A stretch of 64,000 bases of DNA, taken from contig OZ257156.1 in the NCBI GenBank assembly GCA_965279375.1, positions 2,016,001-2,080,000 on the forward strand. The letters are read 5' to 3'. A model generated the notes under the pieces. The model did no database searches, had not been told where the DNA came from, and saw only the letters and a list, made by a program, of their open reading frames with translations. Positions within the stretch are counted from its first letter, which is position 1, and each line of letters starts with the position of its first letter. The translations under genes and the position numbers were made by a program. The stretch is from Gemmatimonas sp. (lineage in GTDB: Bacteria > Gemmatimonadota > Gemmatimonadetes > Gemmatimonadales > Gemmatimonadaceae). Positions 32,601 to 38,978 of the stretch are shown here, piece after piece.

Positions 32601-32712
32601 TCCCACGCTCACGGTCAGACAAATGCTCGCGGACACTTTTGCTGCACCGCAGAAGAACGTGACCTCGAGCGTGGTGGTGCAGCCCATTCCGACATTGACG
32701 ATTCCACCCTGA
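29650..32712 (+). CDS. Modular lipoprotein: FN3, Ig-like, cohesin-like, PKD, 3 Cys-paired repeats, C-terminal cohesin-like
   Basis: Lipobox-like GQSC; YGYRVRAV (FN3); SDPDG.I.SY.WNFGDG (PKD); TTG start inferred. Confidence 0.82.
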   Translation: MSDKRIVRRRTWMAVLLGLTLGQSCKSSSEPGDLSPPTELQATALGVNAIAVTWKPAAGVTSYTLERRTDFVGPFEVIKDAIRGDGAALVSYLDTSVEPEHYYGYRVRAVAALGVRSDVSTVAGARTAPVPGVRIRTSTSFASPASADADGFLVSVRGPRDTSSFAVAINGERLIAPLPKGTYTVVLRGLAINCSPRTLGDTVKVVQVSDEGLNTIGNAEFNVSCRDPKKASIVTTVRATGDTVDADGVVITVSGIIREAGTPANERVYFQSRTLQGATPAARFDDLRLGDYEITISDVEAPCVLDGERLRTLQPKALAVDTVAFALTCLKPVAPVDTAGRPLVLRQVWSAASARPGDKVSLLTSLDLRARPALLAAGVTGTIRFDNTVVRFDSARTTRAFQVTANNLAQPGILAFAAAQTDDPALPGNIDILRSWYTVIGAVGATVTTNTTITDVISSTQTKLTSQTRAAEGTLTVSNTTTSPNQAPTAVITGPTAGAVGASLSFSGSQSSDPDGSIASYAWNFGDGQSGTGATVTKSYSTAGTYTVRLTVTDAQGATGTKDQQVVITASAPTTGSVAGTVTSSLGGGLGGVTITVTGGLTATTAANGSYSVANVALGSRTVSVSGVPSNCTAPAAQTVTVAAGASSTANFTVTCTTTGGGATTGTLNGRVTRVSDGSGIGFARITITPAGGSALTPVNTAVDGNYAASGVPIGSGSNAGSGSITVDNLPNGCTIPAAQPYSGLTANGTVTVSVAVTCAVATTGTLTGRITRSTGGDAAGVSVTVTPTGVSALPAVTTNSTGTYTVTNVPAGGGALALASLPTGCTPPASLTYSGLTAGGSLTRDLVLNCVAGPHTYPVTATWGAVTTGGPTGRQVTLTIAVDMGSAPGRPDVAGNAADPMAAITLAVAYDSTKLAYQSRTLLSPNEFDLGIAGTVADTIPANAGQKITTVAVASSAGVVKTGSFQLVRVLMNIRTVGAGTVTPTLTVRQMLADTFAAPQKNVTSSVVVQPIPTLTIPP

Positions 32713-32767
32713 TGAATGACGACGCGGCGCGATGTTGCGTCGCACGTGGTGTCGTGACACAGAACCG

Positions 32768-32804
32768 ATCGTGGCGCGTTGCGAGTATCGCAGTGCGCCA
32801 CGAT
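32768..32804. terminator. Long hairpin after the 23779-32712 operon
   Basis: ATCGTGGCGCGTTGCGA-gta-TCGCAGTGCGCCACGAT. Confidence 0.55.
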
Positions 32805-32814
32805 TCGCGTTTGA

Positions 32815-32946
32815 TGTATCGACAGCTGTGTCGCGCTCTGCATCGGTCTCAGCGTCGACATTCAAAGTGAACGATGCATCGGCAATTGTATCGACGACTG
32901 CATCGCGAATTGTATCGAGCATTGTATCGACCGTTGCATCGACATC
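32815..32946. repeat. Degenerate 12-bp-period array, 11 in-phase units, core TGYATCG
   Basis: Core at 32815, 32839, 32875, 32887, 32899, 32911, 32923, 32935; degenerate units at 32827, 32851, 32863. Confidence 0.85.
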
Positions 32947-33103
32947 GCGATCGCATGCGCATGCAACATCGTGTTCGACCGTGCGCGTGCGAACCTGTAA
33001 CATCTGCAGAGGGCCGATCTTTGATACAGAAGAAAGGTTTGGTTTGTGACAGGGGTCTCCGATGATAGGGCCGTTGGTCCCCCCCTGGTCTTTCCGCACG
33101 AGC

Positions 33104-33263
33104 GCACGACAACGGCAAAGCTGACGAAAGTCAGCGACGCAAAACCACGAAGCTACCGCGCAAACACTTCTTGATTCTCGACAGCAATGCGTTGCGCATT
33201 GTGGTCGCAATCATCGCCCTCAGGGCAACACCGCTTTGCGCCATGCTGGTCGGGTCACCGAAC
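33104..33263 (+). ncRNA. c-di-GMP-I (GEMM) riboswitch with enlarged P3
   Basis: GGCAAA, GCTGAC-GAAA-GTCAGC, GACGCAAAACC...AGCTAC...ATGCTGGTCGGGTCACCGAA; lies in the 5' UTR of 33320. Confidence 0.85.
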
Positions 33264-33319
33264 GAACGAGCTGGAACGGACCTCTTGCTAACACCAATCG
33301 CGTAAGAGGTTTTCTCCAC

Positions 33320-35116
33320 ATGCAAAGTTTTGCGAACATTGGTCGCCGCGTTTCGGCGTTGACCGCCCTCCTCGCACTCGGCGCGTGCGCCGAGCAGAAT
33401 GCTCCAGCTCCTGTCGCGCCTGTGCTTCCGGGCGTCTCGGCGATTCCGACGCAGTATCGCGGCGCCGCGTTCATCATGGACGTGAGCTCGACGCGCAAGA
33501 CGGTGCGCATCACCGCGCCGTCCTCGAGCATCAACTCGCGCCTGAATCCGAACGTGCTCTCCGGCGACGCGAACTACTCGCTGCTCGGCGGTGACGCCAT
33601 CGAACTGGTCACCAGCAACTTCCAGGCTGGTGCACTTGGTGCCGTGGCGCCGAACAAGATCCTGATCACGTTCGACATGCAGATCCTCAACAAGCTCGCG
33701 GGTCTGCGCCTCGACACGCCGACGTTCCCGACTCCGCCGTCTGGCGTCACGGGTGTGCAGGCGTTCCCGTTTGAAATCAGCGTCACCAGCTCTGCCGGCA
33801 GCGTCGGCTCGAGCGGCAATGAAGTCGTCGTGACCACCCCGCGTGGTGGTGTGGTGGAGCCCAGCAGCGATTGGGGCAACCTGCCCCTCGGCGATGGCAA
33901 CAACCACAACTTCTTCAACGATGTTGGTTGCACGGCCACGTCGAACGATTGCTTCCGCTACGAGCCGTTCGCCGCTGTTGGACCGTCGGGCACGTCCGCC
34001 GCGCAGCGCGTCGGCTTCCTGATCGATCCGACCGTTGGTGACTTCCGCGCGAAGATCATCGTTGCGGCCGATCTTGCCCCGGCCGTTGCTGCGGCCCCGG
34101 GCACGGTTGACGGCACGGTGACGTCCAACATCGGCCCGGTCTCCGGCGCCACGATCTCGGTGACGGGTGGCTTCACGGGCACGTCCAGCGCGACGGGCAC
34201 GTACTCCATCGGCAGCGTCACGTCGGGCCCGAACAAGACGGTCTCGATCTCGAACCTCCCGGCTGGTTGCACGGCGAACCAGGCCTCGTTCAACAACCTG
34301 ACCGTTCCGGCGGCTGGTACGCTCACGCAGAACTTCGTCCTCACGTGCGCTGTCCCGACGGGCGGCATCACGGGCACGATCACGAAGCAGCAGGACGGTT
34401 CCGCGCTGGTCGGTGTCAGCGTCGTTGTGACGCCGAACGCTGGCGCCGCGCTCGCCGCTGTGACGACGGCCGCCAATGGTGGCTACAACCGCTCGGCCGT
34501 GCCGACGATCCCGAACAACGGCACGATCACGCTGTCGAACCTGCCCGCTGGTTGCGTCAACGCTGGCCCGTACACGTACACCGGCCTCACCACGGGTGGC
34601 CTGGTTCGCGACATCGTCGTGAGCTGCCCGCCGGCCCCGGTGACCTACGCGCTGACGGGCACGTGGACCACGACCGGCTCGCTGCCAGGCACCCGCACGG
34701 CTCGCCTGACGTTCGCCGTCAACATGGGCTCGGCCCCGGGTAACCCGACGATCAACGGCACCGCCGCTGACGAACTCGCCGGCATCACGATCGGCGCGAA
34801 CTACAACGGCACGCAGCTCACGTTCGCCAACCGCAGCGGCCTGCTCGATCCGCCGTTCGACCTCGGCATCGCCGGCACGGTCGGTGGTGGCACGGCCAAC
34901 GCGACGACGACGATTGCCGTCACGTCCGGCAGCGGCGGCACGCAGGCGGGCGCGTTCACGCTCGTCTCGCTGAACTTCACCATCCCGGCTGGCGTCGCGA
35001 GCGGCACGTCGATCACGCCGACCATCACCGTCAACCAGGCTCTGGCCGGTGTCGGTGGCGCGAGCAACGTGACGTCGAGCTTCACGGTCAGCGTCCCGGC
35101 CCTGATCGTCCCGTAA
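33320..35116 (+). CDS. Probable major surface lipoprotein: head domain, 2 Cys-paired Ig-like repeats, cohesin-like C-terminus (paralog 3)
   Basis: AAGAGG SD; lipobox LGAC; strongly biased codons. Confidence 0.88.
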   Translation: MQSFANIGRRVSALTALLALGACAEQNAPAPVAPVLPGVSAIPTQYRGAAFIMDVSSTRKTVRITAPSSSINSRLNPNVLSGDANYSLLGGDAIELVTSNFQAGALGAVAPNKILITFDMQILNKLAGLRLDTPTFPTPPSGVTGVQAFPFEISVTSSAGSVGSSGNEVVVTTPRGGVVEPSSDWGNLPLGDGNNHNFFNDVGCTATSNDCFRYEPFAAVGPSGTSAAQRVGFLIDPTVGDFRAKIIVAADLAPAVAAAPGTVDGTVTSNIGPVSGATISVTGGFTGTSSATGTYSIGSVTSGPNKTVSISNLPAGCTANQASFNNLTVPAAGTLTQNFVLTCAVPTGGITGTITKQQDGSALVGVSVVVTPNAGAALAAVTTAANGGYNRSAVPTIPNNGTITLSNLPAGCVNAGPYTYTGLTTGGLVRDIVVSCPPAPVTYALTGTWTTTGSLPGTRTARLTFAVNMGSAPGNPTINGTAADELAGITIGANYNGTQLTFANRSGLLDPPFDLGIAGTVGGGTANATTTIAVTSGSGGTQAGAFTLVSLNFTIPAGVASGTSITPTITVNQALAGVGGASNVTSSFTVSVPALIVP

Positions 35117-35132
35117 CGACTCTAGATCCGAC

Positions 35133-35165
35133 GCCTGGGCTGGCGCGACATGCGCCAGCCCAGGC
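35133..35165 (+). other. Intercistronic 14-bp perfect stem-loop without U tail
   Basis: GCCTGGGCTGGCGC-gacat-GCGCCAGCCCAGGC. Confidence 0.75.
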
Positions 35166-35198
35166 TACGGTCCCCCTCATATTTCGGAGACACACCTC

Positions 35199-37496
35199 AT
35201 GAAGGGCTTTACTTTCCGGGGCGCCACGATCGGTCTGGCGTCGCTCGGACTTTTGGCTGCCTGCGACCGGAGCGAGATGCCCAGCGCGCCTGCGGCGCCG
35301 CTGGCCGCCCGCTCCAACCTGGCGCTCGAAGTCTCGAGCCTCACCGCCCGTACTGGTGACACGGTCGCCGTCGCGCTTGCGAACGGCACCGGCCTCGAAG
35401 TCGGTGGCGTGCAGGGCACGCTCCGCTTCGACCCGTCGCAGCTGCGCTACCTCGGCCAGCTTCGCGATGGCTCGAGCGAGCAGATCATGATGATCAACGC
35501 CAAGGACGCCGCCCGCGGCGAACTGCAGCTCGTCGTCGCCGACGGCAAGGGCATCGATCACAGCCAGCCCGTGCTCTTCGCCGTGGTCAACAACGGCTAT
35601 TCCGCCGGTCTCGACTTCGACGTGATCGACGCGACGCTCAACAGCTCCCCGGTTGCGCGCGTCAAGATGTCGGTGGAAGACGGTGTGCAGGTCAACGGTG
35701 CGCTGGCCCACTCGGGCACGCCGTCGACGATGTCGCTGCAGGATTGGAAGCAGGCGCTGGGTGGTGACGTCTCGCGCGATCCGGGCGAAGTCCGCAACGG
35801 ACTCGTGTTCGGCGATACCGATTTCAGCGGCGCGCTCGACCTCGTCGACGCGCTGTACGTGATCAACGTGCTCGTCGGCAACGCCGAAATCATCGTCGGC
35901 ACCGACGGCTCGGGCCCGAGCGGCGATCGTGACGGCGTGGTGGCCGCCAACGTGCAGCCGTTCAACCTGCCGGGTCTCGGCGAAGTTGGCGACGCGACTC
36001 CCCCGGGCCTCGAGCCCGATGGCACGCGTCAGATCGCACTCGATGACGCGCTCGCGATCATCAACGAGTTCGTGGGTAACAACCAGTCCGTGGTCGGCGA
36101 AATCATCCCGGGCCGTCCGGCTGCGCCGGCGACCAACCGCGTGCTCGTCGGTGACCCGGCGGTCGGAACGACCAACATCACGACGAACACCACGTGGACG
36201 AAGAACAACATCTACGAGCTGATCAACGAAGTCGTGGTGACCGGTGGCGCGACGCTGACCATCGAGGCCGGCACGCTCATCGAAGGCCGTCAGGGCCAGG
36301 TCGTTGGTGGTGTCTCTCAGGACGGCTCGGCGCTGTACATCGCGCGTGACGGCAAGATCAACGCGGTGGGCACCCCGTTCGAGCCGATCGTCTTCACCTG
36401 CAAGGGTGCCAAGTCGAAGGGCTGCTGGGGCGGCATCTCCATCCTCGGCAACGCCTCGAACAACCGCTCCGGCACTGCGACGAGCCCGGTCATCGCGGGC
36501 CGCGCGCCGACGGGTGGCTGCCTCGAGACGGCGTCGGAAGGCCGCACCGCGAAGCTCTACGGTGGCTGCAACGACGACGATGACAGCGGCACCCTGCGCT
36601 ATGCGCGCATCGAGTACGCCGGCTTCCGCTTCACGGCCACGAATGAGCTGAACGGCCTGGCGCTGTACGGCGTGGGCCGCGGCACGACGCTCGACCACAT
36701 TCAGGTGCACGCCGGCCTGGACGACGGCATCGAGTTCTTCGGTGGCACGGTGAACGCCAAGTTCCTCTATCTCACGGCCAACTCGGACGACTCGTTCGAC
36801 TTCACCGAGTCGTTCACGGGCAACGTGCAGTTCGTCGTCGTCCAGCAGGACTCGCTCGATTCGGACAAGGGTCTCGAGATGGACAACAACAACGTGAGCG
36901 TTGCACTGCACAGCACGACGCCGCGCTCGGCGCCGAAGCTGTACAACTTCACGGTCGTTGGTAAGCAGTTCGTGACCAGCACGTCGGGCGCCGCCGGCAA
37001 CAACTCCGTGGGCGGTCTGCACGCGCGCGTTGGCGCCCTGCCGAAGATGTTCAACTTCATCGTCCAGAACTTCCCGTTTGCGCTCGACCTGGACGACGCG
37101 GCCACCGGCGACAACTGCGGCACGGCCACGGGCCTGCAGCTGACGAACTCGATCTTCGTGCAGAACACGCGTCTGGACGCGTCCGACACCGGCGATCCGG
37201 CCACGTGCGGCGCTGACGAAGCGGCGTTCATCAGCAACCCGGCCTACAACAACACGACGACGGGTTCGAGCCCGCTCATCAGCCCGCTCAACGTGCTGGT
37301 GCCGGACTTCCGTCCGGCGTTCGGCTCGGCTACGGGCGGTGTCGCCCCGCCGGCGAGCCCGGTTGGCGCTCCGGCTGGCTTCTACGACGTCACCGCCACG
37401 TACATCGGCGCCGTGAAGCCTGCAGAAGCGACGAAGAACAACATCCCGTGGTACGCTGGCTGGACCCGCGGCTGGGCCACCGCTTCCACTCCGTGA
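35199..37496 (+). CDS. Lipoprotein: cohesin-like, dockerin-like and beta-helix domains
   Basis: Lipobox LAAC; GDTVAV..GVQGTLRFDPSQLRY; GDTDFSGALDLVDAL; DDSGTLRYARIEYAG, ELNGL, DDGIEFFGG. Confidence 0.88.
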   Translation: MKGFTFRGATIGLASLGLLAACDRSEMPSAPAAPLAARSNLALEVSSLTARTGDTVAVALANGTGLEVGGVQGTLRFDPSQLRYLGQLRDGSSEQIMMINAKDAARGELQLVVADGKGIDHSQPVLFAVVNNGYSAGLDFDVIDATLNSSPVARVKMSVEDGVQVNGALAHSGTPSTMSLQDWKQALGGDVSRDPGEVRNGLVFGDTDFSGALDLVDALYVINVLVGNAEIIVGTDGSGPSGDRDGVVAANVQPFNLPGLGEVGDATPPGLEPDGTRQIALDDALAIINEFVGNNQSVVGEIIPGRPAAPATNRVLVGDPAVGTTNITTNTTWTKNNIYELINEVVVTGGATLTIEAGTLIEGRQGQVVGGVSQDGSALYIARDGKINAVGTPFEPIVFTCKGAKSKGCWGGISILGNASNNRSGTATSPVIAGRAPTGGCLETASEGRTAKLYGGCNDDDDSGTLRYARIEYAGFRFTATNELNGLALYGVGRGTTLDHIQVHAGLDDGIEFFGGTVNAKFLYLTANSDDSFDFTESFTGNVQFVVVQQDSLDSDKGLEMDNNNVSVALHSTTPRSAPKLYNFTVVGKQFVTSTSGAAGNNSVGGLHARVGALPKMFNFIVQNFPFALDLDDAATGDNCGTATGLQLTNSIFVQNTRLDASDTGDPATCGADEAAFISNPAYNNTTTGSSPLISPLNVLVPDFRPAFGSATGGVAPPASPVGAPAGFYDVTATYIGAVKPAEATKNNIPWYAGWTRGWATASTP

Positions 37497-37510
37497 CCTG
37501 ATTCATACAC

Positions 37511-37598
37511 AGTCTACGGAGACGGCGAGTCGTCGTCTCCGTAGACTATGTAGATCGACGCGTGTTGCGGGGGGGCGCCATCTGGCGCTTCCCCGTTT
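37511..37598 (+). terminator. Two tandem hairpins after 35199..37496
   Basis: AGTCTACGGAGACGGCG-agt-CGTCGTCTCCGTAGACT, then CGGGGGGGCGCCA-tc-TGGCGCTTCCCCG-TTT. Confidence 0.7.
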
Positions 37599-37631
37599 CG
37601 CGTCTCCCGACGACTGGTCTCCAGATCCCTC

Positions 37632-38963
37632 ATGTCCTCGTCGCTCCGCCGCCTGTTGGCGCGACTCGCGCTCCCCGCGCTCACCGTTGTCACCGTCGCC
37701 AGCTGCGTTACCGACGCTGCCACCGGTCCGACGCGTCAGCCGCCGTACCTCGCGATTCTCATCAACGTCGATGCGCCGAAGGAGCTGGCCACCGGCGGTC
37801 CGTACACGTTTCGCGTTCGTGAGCTCTCTGGCACGATCAAGTTCGACACGACCTTCCGCGCGTCCGTCCGCGACACGGTGATCATTCCCGTCACGGCGGC
37901 CACGTACCGCGTCGACATTTCCGACGTGCCGGCCACCTGCGGCGTGCGTGACGGCAACGCACAAGCGATCGTGGTGCCGCCCAACACGAACACATCACTC
38001 ATTCGCTTCTCGCTGACGTGTTCTGCGTCGCTCGTGGTGGCCGCCGCCGTCGACGGCTTCGGGATCGATTCCGAGTTCGTGGTGACCGTACAGGACAGCG
38101 CTGGCAAGGAGATTGGTGCCATTCTGCCGGCCAATGACACGATTCGACTCGAAGGAATCGCAGCGGGTCGCTACGATGTGACGCTGCGCCACGTGGCCGA
38201 TAACTGCGTCGTCATCAGCGATGGCGGACTCGTAGTGCCGGTCACGATCCGTCCGTCCGGTGGGGCCTTTGTGCCCTTCCGCGTGATCTGCTCAGAGGTA
38301 GCCAAGCGTCCGCGCATCACGCTGCTCGCCGGCACGTACGCGGACGGGTCGATCGGGTATGTGATTCGAGCGGCAGATCCGGACCGTGACGTGGAACGCA
38401 CCTTCGTGGACGTCACCGATTGCAATCAACGCTCGGTGCTCCCCGGCGGCGGACGACGACGTGGCGCATTCGGTGGCTGGCCGAACGTGACCGGTCGCGA
38501 CACGGCGGTGATCATGGGGGCGTACGATCTCAACGTCTCCGACTCACTCTTCACCAATCGCTGCCTCGGCGCGTGGGTGGCCGACAGCCGTGGCAACACC
38601 TCTGCCTTCGTCGAGATTCCGCTCAGGCGCAGCGATGTCGCGCGTCGACCCGTCGTGAGCGCCTTCAACGGGCGGCTGAACGGCACCAAAAGCATCTTCG
38701 TCGATCTGACCGTGCGCGATCCGGACAACGACTTCGTGGGCCTCTTCACCGTCTATCTCGTGCGCGACGGTGTGCTGAGTGCGTCCGACGGCGTGCCAGA
38801 CCGCGTCGTCTTTCAGCCGGCGGGTGTGCTAGGCAACACCGTGCCTGAATTCCTCGTCAACATCGGCTTTGGCAATTGGAACGACTACTTGGGCGTCGTG
38901 CTCTATGCCTTTGACCGTGCGGGCAACTTCACCCGCATGCAGGACCTGACGCTCGAGTTCTGA
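37632..38963 (+). CDS. Lipoprotein with Cys-paired Ig-like repeats
   Basis: Lipobox VASC; DVPATC..FSLTC, VADNC..FRVIC; DPD.D and D.AGN motifs. Confidence 0.75.
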   Translation: MSSSLRRLLARLALPALTVVTVASCVTDAATGPTRQPPYLAILINVDAPKELATGGPYTFRVRELSGTIKFDTTFRASVRDTVIIPVTAATYRVDISDVPATCGVRDGNAQAIVVPPNTNTSLIRFSLTCSASLVVAAAVDGFGIDSEFVVTVQDSAGKEIGAILPANDTIRLEGIAAGRYDVTLRHVADNCVVISDGGLVVPVTIRPSGGAFVPFRVICSEVAKRPRITLLAGTYADGSIGYVIRAADPDRDVERTFVDVTDCNQRSVLPGGGRRRGAFGGWPNVTGRDTAVIMGAYDLNVSDSLFTNRCLGAWVADSRGNTSAFVEIPLRRSDVARRPVVSAFNGRLNGTKSIFVDLTVRDPDNDFVGLFTVYLVRDGVLSASDGVPDRVVFQPAGVLGNTVPEFLVNIGFGNWNDYLGVVLYAFDRAGNFTRMQDLTLEF

Positions 38964-38978
38964 GTCTGCAGGCGATGG

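Noticed and set aside
32815..32946. Mini-CRISPR or DGR repeat
   Set aside because: 12-bp period is too short; no cas or reverse transcriptase gene in the window
32996..33053. Pho box (CTGTAAC and reverse CTGTCAC half-sites)
   Set aside because: Half-sites are isolated, not in 11-bp tandem
33272..33290. sigma54 promoter (TGGAACG...TTGCT)
   Set aside because: GG-to-GC spacing is 12 nt, not 10
35088..37022. Long antisense ORFs (also 1687..3273, 11985..13478, 52473..54527, 57542..59062)
   Set aside because: Shadows of well-supported opposite-strand genes in high-GC DNA; no protein motifs
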